Source: Lingula anatina (lineage: Eukaryota > Animalia > Brachiopoda). Taken from it: 64,000 nucleotides of DNA. The notes beneath the pieces are model-generated. The model saw nothing but the letters and a program-made list of their open reading frames with translations. It searched no databases and was not told the origin of the DNA. The position numbers were made by a program, and so were the translations under genes. Below, one piece after another: positions 23,586-36,800 of this stretch. The DNA is taken from NCBI GenBank assembly GCA_051362555.1, contig CM120648.1, positions 12,334,587-12,398,586 of the forward strand, in the 5' to 3' direction. The number at the start of each line of letters is the position of its first letter. The stretch's first letter is position 1.

Positions 23586-26500
23586 ATGTTGTCCATGTTT
23601 TGCCAAAAAATTAAGAAGAATAATCTTTCAATGAATTTTATCAGTGGTCACATCATAGTATTTCTGATTTGGCTCCTAGCCGTGCTGATAGGTAGGAAAA
23701 CTTTTGTTGAATAAAATCAATTCAATGATATTTCATACATTATATTTTTTTGTCACAACAACATCGATTTAACGCACACCCAATGTTTTCATAATTATAG
23801 ATATTTCAGTGAAAATGTGTAGAAATGAATTTAGGTTAGATGAATATGGATTGAATGATCCACTTTAATGATTATTGAATAAAACTGTCAGTACTTTTTC
23901 ATGAATGGCTAGCTTGCTGTTTTAGAGTTGAGCTCTCTCTCTCTCATCTGCTACAGCAGAAACAGTTAAACTAATGAATGTGGACTGGTGCCAGCAAATT
24001 AAATTACACAAAATGTTATTTTTATATTGTGGTTTCAAAGAAAAATTTAAGGATTCTGGCATCAGACAATGGGGGTGTGGATCTTAGTTACCATATTATT
24101 ATTATTATTATTATTATTTTTCTTTTACAGATCTTCATCTCCCTACTCAGCCCCAGTAGATGGACTCATCACTACCCTTTAGTAGACATCTTATGATCAT
24201 CTCGCTGTTATTCTACACTCCCTGCCCCAGTGGATGGACTCATCACTATCCTTTAATTAGTAGACATGATATGATCACCTCTCTGTTATTCCACACTCCC
24301 ACCCTGTCCCAGTGGATGGTCTCATCACTATCCTATAGTAGACATCATATGATCACCTTCCTGTTATTCTACACTCCCTGTCCCAGTGGATGGACTCGTC
24401 ACTATCCTTTAGTATACATCATATGATAATCTCCCTGTTATTCTACACTCCCTGTCCCAGTGGATGGACTCTCAGTAGACAGGTGTTACATGTATCCCTG
24501 ACAAATATTCTTTACTTCAGATGGTGTGTCCTCTTCTGCCTGTCCCAGTGGATGGTTACATAATGTCACAGTAGGCAGATGTTATATGGTGTCCAGTGGT
24601 CAAGAAGTGTTCATGGGGGCATTTGGTAAATGCTATAAAATGGATGCAAAACAAACCATGCCAAAGACTGAAGATTTACAGGCAGCAGTGGAAGCTTTAG
24701 TAACGTACGTATGTTCATTAAATGAAGGGGACAAATGTTATCTTTTTTATAAGTGCTTATACCACTTCTCGTGGAACTATATAATGACAAGTGGTGCTTT
24801 AAGTGGTCTTACTTCTATTTCCTTTCTATACAAATGAGGTCATTGCGAAAGCATGTGCGCACTTGCGCATCTGTTCTCTTCACTTCTGTTTTATTGTCGA
24901 TCGCGCATGGCACGTGTGGCCAGAGAGCAGCACATAACTCAAGGAATATTATGGCTGATAACTTATTAAGGTTGAAAGTAGACCAAAAGTAAAAAAAAAA
25001 ATGCCGCATGACCACAAAACCTTCCGATGGAAAGTCAAAAGAAAATGGTGACACATCACTTATTATAACACAGAATCGAGAATTGCCACTGAGTAACATT
25101 TATGTGGGAAATGAAAATGGCGCATCCACGATTGCCGATAATGCCACGACTGTGGTGGGAAAATCAGTGCAGCATTGAATTAAAGGGATAATAACTCTTG
25201 GTATGAGATCTATATTTCACAATAAAAACATTGTGAACAACTCATAGAAATATAATATATTCTGTTGTACCACAAAAAAAAAAAAAAAACCGGCAGTTAT
25301 AGCTATTATTCTGATAACTGAGCTTGTCATTGGACCACAAGACCTCCATAGATGGCTATACCCTGTTATAATCTCTTAAGAGATTATAACAAACAAACAA
25401 ACTTTTTAGAAAAAAAAACAGGGACTAACTTTGAATGTAAAAATTGATTCATTAAATATTGGTGAGTATGGGAAAATTGTTGTCTACTCCAGGAAAATTC
25501 ATTTTTTGGCCAAAACGAAGAGTTATTATCCCTTTAATAGCTGGCTCACTGAAGAATATGCAAGGTATTTTCAGAAGAAAACTTAGTCAGGTATGATTAT
25601 ACTTCTCATGTTTATTATGTTGAGCAAATCTCTGATGACACATCAGTGTTTAGTGAAGCTTGGAATTCAGATCATATGGTCGATATGGCAGATGCTGACC
25701 ATGAAGAAGATGCTCACAAAGTTTTAATTTTTTCAATTTACCTCATGTATTAAAACAAGAATTATTATCAATTTTGTTTTCATGTGTACATGTGAGGATG
25801 GAGGGTGGGAGTAAAAGGACTGATATACTTTTTTGATATCCCACTCATAAAATTTACTGGAATTAATGGAGAAGATCGTCAGTTTTAGAGAAGGGTAGAC
25901 CACCTTCTCTTTGCATTGTGGTGTATAGCATTGCACTATGGATTAATTCTACTAGGTGACTGCTTTGATAGAAATAAGCTATCAACCCAGCAGGCAAGTT
26001 ATGTTGTTTTAACGTTGAAACAACATTGAACCATAACCATTGAGAAGACATCAGATAAACTTAGGATTTGAAAGTTGTGTCAGCCTCAGATAACAACTGC
26101 TGCTGGGCTTGACGCTTATTTTTCAGGTGACCTGTCCAGTCAGGCATACTGCAGACAAATTTCACTTATCCCCAGCTAATTTCCACTGCCCCCCCCCCCT
26201 CCCCCCAAGCCCCCCCCCCCTTCCAAAAAAGTGCATTTTTGTTTTTCAATAGCTAAGCTGGTTCGTTTAGGGGGATATAATGATGCACAGTTTTGCATCC
26301 TGACTGTGCCATTGTGCAATTCCTGCATTGAAAACGATGTTGTCCCTCATTTTGAGACATGTAGCGCCGCTGAATGTGCAGTGTTACAAAAAATGTCCGG
26401 TAAAATTTAGTTAAAAGCACCCATTTAAAAAACAAAAGAATATCCCCCTTACACTTATCGATTATTCAACATGCGGCCCGACTGAAGCCATATTTGTTTA

Positions 26501-27588
26501 CCTAGCACGTGTAGTTAGGTGTTCTAAGAGGTCCGTGCGTGGCCGGTTGTAACTTTTATTTGTCTTTTTCAATAAAACCATTACAATGCCTTCTTTACTG
26601 AACTTATTTGAAGACTAAATGAAAAAACAAAATGATCAGAAAACATGTAATACTCATTAGTAATTGGTTTTTATTTGATGAAACCATCAACAAGAGGTAA
26701 ACAATCTAGATCTCTGAAAACCTTGATTATCCAAAACTGAGAAAATGTAAATGAAATTGTCCTCACATACTGTCTAGTACTTATTAATCAGTCTTACTGA
26801 AAAGAGATTTCATTTCTTAATGAAGTAATCTCTTTTTCCTGCGCCACACATTCAGTGCATCCTCATAACTTATCTTACTCCCAAGAATCTTATCTCTTAC
26901 ACTGTTCGCAGAACATTTTCGTTTGGGTGCTGTCGTACTGGAGCTAGGGCCATAGTTGAAGCCATCGGGGTTGGAAACCTCGTGCGACCTGAGAGTGAGA
27001 GGTGCTAGCACTAGCAGTAACACTACTGTCAGTGTCACTACTACTCGTCGTAGTGCAAGGATCGCTGCTCTCAGAAGTTGGTACATTATCTTCCCCCATC
27101 TCCTTTGAGACTTCTTCCTGAACGTTGAACGGACCCTTAGACGAAGCGGTTGAAGTAAATAAACTAACTAATGTAGGCTGGTCTGGTGAGAATCTTTTTC
27201 GGCGGCATTTTTCTTTTCACTTCATCAAAGTGCTGCTTGAAAAAATCCCATTTGCTTTCAGAATGAAAAGCAAGGTTACTTCTAATTGGATAAACATGAC
27301 CTATAAACTGATTGGCCAATAAGATATCAGCTTTTATTTCATTAGCATATCTATTGGGACGATGAGCTCATTGCTCTCGGCAAACTTCGGCGATTGCGTT
27401 CGATAACTTCCGAATTCGTTCCTGAGAAGTCTTCAGGTATGAGAGGAAAATTACGCTAATCAGTTGACGAATATTTTATTGACGAGTAGATTCTTTTTAA
27501 AAACGCGAGGTATAACAAAATCATGCGCCCTTATGGCGCTCAAACAGGGCTTTTTATGCGCAATGGCGCGTTCCTTCCCAATCACTGC

Positions 27589-27646
<58 letters not shown>

Positions 27647-27771
27647 GCCACGGGCAATCAGGCAATCCTGTTTTGTTGAGCCCTGATATATATCAGGGCT
27701 CAACAAAACAGGATTGCCTGATATATATCAGGGCTCAACAAAACAGGATTGCCTGATTGCCCGTTGCAGAT

Positions 27772-27828
<57 letters not shown>

Positions 27829-30800
27829 TCAATTAAAAACTTCTGGTGATTATGCTGTGGTATTGCAAATGTGAGAAAAAACTGCCACCACAAATTCTAT
27901 AAAAGGAAAACTGTTGGTTATTATTTTCTAACTCGAAAGAATGATTCTTAGGATTGTCATACAGCTCAGAATAATTTCAGCTTGATAGATTATTTTTCTT
28001 GAATTTATGCAATTTTTGTGAAATTTTTAATTTTGTCATTCTGGCATTTTTTATGTGTGAATTTGAACTCTTATGGGGCCTGAAATCCTATTCTAATTTC
28101 ACATTCTTAATATCTCTGTTACCTTGTGTGTATAATATATATATATATGTCTCAATTAAAAACTTCTGGTGATTATGCTGTGGTATTGCAAATGTGAGAA
28201 AAAACTGCCACCACAAATTCTATAAAAGGAAAACTGTTGGTTATTATTTTTCTAACTCTAAAGAATGATTCTTAGGATTGTCATACAGCTCAGAATAATT
28301 TCAGCTTGATAGATTATTTTTCTTGAATTTAATAAATCCAAGATGCAGTGGACTAGATATTATACTGAAACATAGACACATCAAATTTCATGTCAATCTG
28401 ACAGTTAAAGAATGAGATATGGAGATTGAAGTTTAGACTATGTTATCAATCTTCAAAGCTGAGAAATCGCTCATAAACCATTTGGCTCAGGTAATTGGGC
28501 TAATTTAGCAAATTAACTGCACCTCCTCCTTACCTGTTATCATCTTACTGATCGGGAAGGTCTGTCCACCATTACGTGTTAAAATTGGGTTGTTTGATTC
28601 TATCTAGATGCCAGAAAATCTTACTTTTGTACGCAAACTTATTCGCACCACGAAAGCTGTTCTTCCCTGAGAAATGATTGACAGCTGAGTAGGCCTACCT
28701 ACTCTCGTTTCACTGACGTAATTAATCATAATTGTGCCTGCAATTATATAACAAACAAAAAGAAAATTACTTGAGGTGCAAGCAGGGGACAATGCCACCC
28801 GTCGTGCGTGGACGCCGCTCTACACACCAAGACGCGAAAATGTAGAAAGCAAAGAAAGAATTACTCCGAGAAGTGGCCGAACATGGGTATGTATCAGCCA
28901 CGATGCCACAGAGTGCCAAGACCGTAAAATGCGAGTTTGAAAATGTTTTGGGTAGCAATATTATTTATAAACTTGCTTGCTGTTACGATCTTTATTGTGA
29001 ATAAAATGATTACCTAACGATTTTTTTCTGACAACCCCAGACGTTGTATGAATACTCAGCAGCTCAATTGTGATCTCGAGTCTTTACCTAAACGTGATTG
29101 AGACACTAAGGGAGAAAATTTAATATGTTGTTAACAATGTAATGGAAACAATATAATCTCAGTTTAGCTGACGTAAGACTTATGAGCTGCCAGTGCACAC
29201 GTAACAGCTTACGACAAGTTAGACAACCATTCTTGCCCTGCCCCCATAGTAACGGTGCTTGACAACGGAGGCCGACAGGACAGGTAGAAAAACTCGTCCA
29301 AATGTATATTTTTAGTCCGTGTTGAAAAAATATAATTGAGTATTAGATACAATATTGGTTATTTCTAACGTATAAAAAACTAAAAATCGAGTTTTAGATG
29401 TATTTGTAATATCCTAGACCCCTTAAAAAAAAGAAACATTCTCTCTTCTTCCACTCCAGGCCACCACCTCCCAGTCATGGACAAAATCCTACGTATTGGA
29501 TAGGTCTGCACCAGATCTGGAATGATGGACCTGAGAGCTTGCGATGGGAGGACCTTGAATATCTGTCACCAGGAATGTACAGCAACATATGCCCCAATTG
29601 TGTTCACGCAGACTATGATGGCTGTGCTGGTTTCTATTTAGATAACAGTGTTTCCTTCCAGTGGATAAGGGGTTCCTGTCTTGATTATCACTATTATATA
29701 TGTGAAAAAATTCCAGGTGGGATTCAAAGTGAAATTTGATGATTATTTGTAATGTATGTAAAAGAAAAACATGATTCCAATCAGCACCTTAAAATTTTCA
29801 TCCATTTTTCTTCTACCTTCAGTCTGTCTGTTCTATTTGCCCTAATGTTTTAGAGTATTTTCCTTGGGCTACCTGTTAATAATAAATCATATTTTAGAAA
29901 GTGGGCTATCTATTTTGGTAATCATTTTCACAAGTGTAGACATTTTGCAGACTCCTAAAAAAGCTATAACCTTTGTCTACACATCCCGATGGTGAAGATC
30001 ATGTACGGTTTGTAGACTTTTAAAGTTGTGATAATGGATGACCCCTTAGTATTCAAACATTTCTGGCTTTTGAAAGAATTTAATTTATAATATATGCAAA
30101 TAATTAAAAGGCAATCTGCTGCTAAAACTGCTGCTAAAACAGCCAGTTTTATTGAATTCACCTGATACTGATATTAAAACTCCTACTACAGTATCAGGTG
30201 AATTCAATAAAACCTGATACTGTAGTAGGAGTGATATTAAAACTCCTACTACAGTATCAGGTGAATTCAATAAAACTGGCTGTTTTAGCAGCAGATTGCC
30301 TTTTAATTATTTGCATATAGGCATCTGTACTATTGCTGTTTATTTGATTTTAGCTCCTCCAAGGTGTGAATTTCCAAGCACCCCTCCAAATACTCTGGAA
30401 CCAGTGGGTGGGAATTTGGAAGGAGATATAATAACTTACACCTGTCAAACAGGTTACACACTGATCTCTGGAGACCTGACGAGGACATGTCTAACTGGTG
30501 GAATATGGAGCGGTTCACCCCCTGTCTGCGACTGTAAGAATATGGTGGAATTTTAAATTATTTTTATTTGCATTATACTCAGCTTAAACCTTTGAAAACC
30601 TTTGAACAATGATCTTGCAGGTAAAGGTCAAATTGTAGTCTAGGGAAATATGGTCATTTTTGGCAGAATCTTGTTATTATAATGTAATACATGTACATGT
30701 ACGTTCATTTATCTAGAAATAACACTTCATTGTAAGATAAACATAACTTTAGAAATCTGCGGAAATGGGATGCAGCAGAAGTTTTTTTTTTTTTTTTCAT

Positions 30801-33800
30801 TCATTTATTTTTTCCATTTGCTTGCTTTATTTATTATTTTAAGAGACACAACTTAAGGTTAAAAACACCTTGTACAAACACATTATCACCCAATAAAGAG
30901 GTACAAATAAGGTCACAGGCATGCTCTTAAAAATATTTAGTGCACATATTGCAAACTATTTTTGATTATTTTAGGGTCCCACATGAAGAAATTTATATCA
31001 AAGTTTCACCGTCCTGGAACCATGAATAATAAAAAATAATTCAGCGTCTTACCCCAAAAATGAACATACTGTCAGAAATTCAAAACATCCAGCTTTGAGA
31101 CATTTTGCTCACTTTGAAAATTCAATCGTCTGTAGGTTTGTTCTTTGATTTATCTCCTACGAGTATAATGTTATAAAAATTATGATAATCTTCTGTATAA
31201 TTATTTTTCTGTGACTTTATCGGTAGTTTACTTAATTGTCACTGAATATTAAATAATCAAGGAAAATAAAACCTACTGATAGTAAAATAAGCATTTAGAA
31301 ATAAACTAGTTTTCAACCCTTCATCCAAATATTATATTCAGAAATGTTAAACTATCATGGAATCACAATATATTTTTTGGTCAGCAACAGAAAACACTCT
31401 TTTCTATTGGACTAAGTACATGGACAAAATGAAACTTTCTGACAATTTTTTTGGGGGAACATAGGCTCTGTTCTCACAACTTTTAGATCGATCTATCACC
31501 GCGGGGAGTCTCACTAGATTACTGTCAGATAATCCCCCTTAAGTGTCCGTCCCCTCCTACTACAAGCTTTAAGGGGTAATTAACTTTCGTGTCCACCCGG
31601 CTGACAGCTATTTAGCGTGAACCCCCAGGGAGTTAGGTCGATCCAATGTAGGTCGATCTAATCTATGAGAATGGGGTGATACATTACATTTGGTATTAGG
31701 CATGACATAAAGCCCCTTGAGTTACAGTTTAAGTTTTTATAAAAACATTCTTACATCATATATAATTTATCCTGACTGAATCACTACAAAATATATCGGA
31801 ACACAGTATAAAAATTAAAATTAAATGACCTGGAAAGCTGCGTTACTGGGACAAAGGTTACCATTTAGGGCTCACATTTGGTAAAGACATGGTAACAATT
31901 GAATACAACTGAATTCATTCAACTTTATTTTTTGGACACTTCAGCATATGGTTATGGTCTTCTGAGAAGTAATTGCAGTGCACTTTTCACCATATAAAAT
32001 GGCCTTATAATATTCTCAAACTTACTGAATGGAGTGATTTTTTGGGGTTGAGTATGTGTGTAAAAAATACAGAGATTAGTACTTCAAAAGTGTCTTTTGT
32101 GTGTGTGTGTGCGTGTGTGTGTGTGTGATATTTTCTCTTTTCACATATTTGCATTTTTAGTGTGTGACTTAATTTGTGTGTTTTCACAAGAAAATATCTA
32201 ACTAACTGCTTTAAGATTAACATGCTTCCTGACATTGAGTAAAATACAGAAAAGCTGGTGATGAAACAAATACCTGGGGAACAAGAGGATGCATTCCCTC
32301 CTCCTTTTGTTCATTTATTCATTATCCACAGTTTTTTTCTTTCTTTTTTTTTTGTCCATTAAATAATCATTCAGTTGTGTATATCCTTACAGTTGGAGGG
32401 AGCTGGCTGGCCTGGGGAGCCTGGAGCAGCTGCTCTGTGATCTGTGGTACAGGAACCTACTCTAGAAATCGTACTTGTCTTGATCCAAATCTACCCAGTG
32501 AACTGGCGCTATGTGCAGGTGGAGCCACCAACTCTACCCAGACACTGTCCTGCTTTGAACAACACTGTCCAGGTAATTGTATTCCACCCAGACACTGTCC
32601 TGCTTTGAACAACACTGTCCAGGTAATTATATTCCACCCAAACATTGCCCTGCTTTGGACAATACTGTCCATGCAGTTATTATATTCCACCCAGACACTG
32701 TCCTGCTTTGAACAACACTGTCCAGGTAATTATATTCAACCCAGACACTGTCCTGCTTTGAACAACACTGTCCAGGTAATTGTATTCCACCCAGACACTG
32801 TCCTGCTTTGAACAACACTGTCCAGGTAATTATATTCCACCCAGACACTGTCCTGCTTTGAACAGAACTGTCCAGGTAATTATATTCCACCCAGACACTG
32901 TCCTGCTTTGAACAATACTGTCCAGGTAATTATATTCCACCCAGACACTGTCCTGCTTTGAACAATACTGTCCAGGTAATTATATTCCACACAGACACTG
33001 TCCTGCTTTGAACTACACTGTCCAGGTATTTAGGGTAATATGCCAAACAGTTCGACCAAGATTAATTAATTTATTTCACGGAAATGCCATTTTGGTCGAA
33101 TTGATTAAAACATAGCAATGGAAACCTTTGATATCGTTGGATTGTTTGGGGCATCTGCCAAAACATCCATCTTACCAGAAGTATTGCATATTACCCGAAG
33201 TGTTATGCAAGATAAGCCGCAATTTTCTCTTTTTATCCTCCTTTTGAAATCTTATTTTGCTGTGTATTATATGTGCTAACATTACGTAACATTCAAAAAG
33301 ACGACAATTATAATTTCTATCTATTTATTTCCCTCACCTACGATCATTTTTATGATGCGCTTCACAAGTGAGATGATTATTTCCCTGGAGACGAGTGTTG
33401 TAACGATGCCCGGTCACTTTTATTTGAAACCGGTAGCTTTAGTGGACTTAAACTAGTAATGTGATCTACGTACGCCCTATTTGAATTTTAATATGACAAC
33501 TGAAATCAACCGAATTGAATTTTTTTACCAGTCTGAGATCAACCCGCAAGGCTTGCTCGGTGTAGAGGCGTACTTCCAAAGAAAATTCAATCACCCATAT
33601 CAAAGAATACCTACTCAGGCTACTGGTACTCAATCGGAATTCAGTGTAACTTTAAATTACTTTCAAGTATTTAATGTAAAAATCATGTCATATTAAAACA
33701 TATTGAGAAAAGGCAAACTACGGAGCATACCTGTGCCGATAGACATATCTTGCTGGCACTCTTTGATTTTCTTACTTACTGTATATACACTCGCTGTGCA

Positions 33801-36800
33801 CAAACCACGGTGCATATTGAAAACCCCACTGATACAACCCGAACGTAAAATAAGCATTTAATTGTACCACCAGCATTGGCGCTGGCAGTACACATGGTTT
33901 TAGTCCCGTCCGGATCATTCCGCCAGCTCCGCCGCCATGTTACCATTACCGCTTCTCCTCCTAGACGGTAAGGGCCTCCATACCCATCTTGTTGGATTTA
34001 GGTCACCTATAATCTCAACTCGTTCCACGTAAAATTTGGGCTTTGTCGGTATTGGGGTCTAGGTGTGGCACTCACTGCAATGCACCCTTGTCCGAAAATG
34101 GCAAAATTAAATGCTAATTATCTACCCTAAGGAAAGAATTATGGGAAAAATTTCTACAGACGGCTTTCCAAAAGTCATATGTGTAGATTTCAAATATGCC
34201 CTTGGATTTGACCTTTGACTTTTATTTCGAGGTCAAACGGGCCAAGATTTTCAAAAAAAAGAAATTTTTTTACGAAAAAAAAAATTATTTGCGCTGTTAT
34301 TCAGACACTACACAGACATAACCAATAATATTACTGGAAAGTGTAACCCTTCGGGCCATCTTTCATCTCTGTGAATTTGGGGTTAATCGGTGCATTTTCA
34401 CAGGAGTAGCAGCCATAAGATTCCGAAACTGAAAACTGTCTCTAATTCGGGAACCGTTAATGCTAGAGACCCATTCATTTTTTGCATTTTGTAGAGCATG
34501 TAAAGCCCAACACTGGAGGTGGTCTCCATTTTTTTTTTTATTCCATACGGTTTTCTGAGTTACGCTGTATCAAAAAGTACATATTGGTGGTGAAAGCAAA
34601 ATGTGCAGTACGGTAATAGATAATAAGTTTTGAACCCCGGGAAAATAAAACATAAGGCTTGGCGAGGCAGACAACTTCTGGTCAAAAATGACATTATTTC
34701 ATGAAATTTGAACATCTGGAACTTCTGAGCACCTGCCATTTCAAGAATTTCAACCAAAATGACCTTTTCTTTATTTTAATTAATCTTTTATGTACGAAAT
34801 TTATGGCACATTATTGTAACTCCAAAATTATAACATTTAGTCCATTATATCTCCAAAACTGGCAGAGATACAACATGTAGGTCCATAGTTTTTATTGAAC
34901 TTGAATAGGAAGTCATATACTGGCAATCTAAATGTGACCTTGAAATTGACCTTTGACCTACTTTTAACCAAGAACTGAACTTTGCAAATTTCCGTTCCCT
35001 TTTATCTCCAAAACTGACAGAGATAGGTCCATGGTTACTATTGAACTTGAATATGAAGTCATTAGAGGCAATTTACTGTGACCTTAAAATTGACCTTTGA
35101 CCTACTTTTAACCATGAACTGAACTTTGCACATTTTGGTTCCCTTTTATTTCCAAAACTGACAAGATATGCCCATAGTTACTATTGAATTTGAATAGGAA
35201 GTCATATACTGGCAATCTAAGTGTGACCTTGAAATTTACGTTTGACCTACTTTTTATCATGAATTGAAGTTTACAAATTTTGGTTCCCTTTTATCTCCAA
35301 AACTGGCAGAGATAGGTCCATAGTTACTATTGAACTTGAATAGGAAGTCATATACTGGAAATTTACTGTGACCTTGAAATTGACCTTTGACCTACCTTAC
35401 TATGAACTGAACTTTGATTGTACCATTTTTAGTTATATATATTTTTTTGCATATTTTGAGAATTCTTGTTGATTGCATTTTTTACAGCTTGTCAAGCACA
35501 AGACTGGTGGTGGTGTCCCTTTTTTGTGTGTGTGTGGGGGGTCTATACGATTGCGCTTACCAAGGTCAAGTAAAATCTGACTATAAGCAAGATTAAAATC
35601 TGACTAGATAATTTACTTTCAATATAATAGAAGAAATATGAAGTTAGTGAATATCATCATTAAAACAGTAAAAATACATTATCAAGTCGGTAATCAGCAA
35701 TTTCAAAAGGGGGGTTCTTTTTCTGAAAAAGTGGACCTTTTTCCATAAAAACTTCATGTACCTAGATCAAATTTTACTCGGAGTGGACCTTTTTCCAGCA
35801 AAAAAGGTTCTTTTGAACCCCCCCCCCCCCCTCCCCCCCGGCTACAGGCCTGATTATATACTGTGTTTTTATCTTTTTGTGAAAATCAACTAGCAAAGTC
35901 AAGATTATACTAGTAGGAGCCATGTTTAATTTACCACAACCCTAGATTTCATGACTGTTTTTGATACATCCTGATAATATTATTTAATGGTGGGTATGGC
36001 ATTGCAAAAGTTGTGATTTAATGAATGAGTTTAAAGGGTTGATTATTCTATTAGATATTGCCCTTGACTTATTCTCATACTTTGAGTGAGGTAAACACCA
36101 TAGTTTGTTAGAAGAAAACAATTTATAACTAGCTTTACATCATATTAAATTATTGGTAAATATTAAATAATCAAATGATAAGTTTTTTACTCTAAAATAG
36201 CAAACCCCAATAAAATTGAAAGCTTGCTGTATACTCAACTCACACAACTTAAAATTTCTAATTTTCCTGTACACTTGTTGCACACTCCTGATGAAATTGT
36301 AAGTTTATTGCACGCTTTCTGCACACGTCTGATGAAAAACCAAGTGTCTTGCACATTTTCTGCACACTTATGACAGAAAAATTACATTTTCTGCACACTT
36401 GTTACATACTCTTGATCAAATTTTAAGGTTATCGCACACTCTCTGCATGCTTCTATTGCAATACTAAGTCTCTTGCATACTTTCTGCACACTGTCTGTAC
36501 TTATGGAAGTGTGCAGTAGGTGTGCAACAAGAAAGAATTTTTTATCGCACACTTCTGCACACTCCCCAAAGCTGTCTACTGCACACTCTAGAGTGTGCTG
36601 CACATATGTTGTACATTTGCAGCCTATGTGCTGCACACTTTTCATTTTGCTAAGGGTGATTCACTAGTTTCTGCTGAATCTTGTGACCACACAAGCTACT
36701 GTTTAACATTGTTACAGATTGCAGCACAATGAACTGCCTAGGGGCGTGTATTGTCAGAGATCAACACTCCTACTGTCTCTGCCCTGACAGCGTGAAAGAT

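Noticed and set aside
26820-27110. Minus-strand polypurine tract followed by TGT (possible 3' LTR)
   Set aside because: No partner LTR, TSD or pol sequence seen; boundaries cannot be supported.
32381-32392. ATATCCTT resembling a U12 AT-AC donor
   Set aside because: It lies in the acceptor tract of a normal GT-AG intron.
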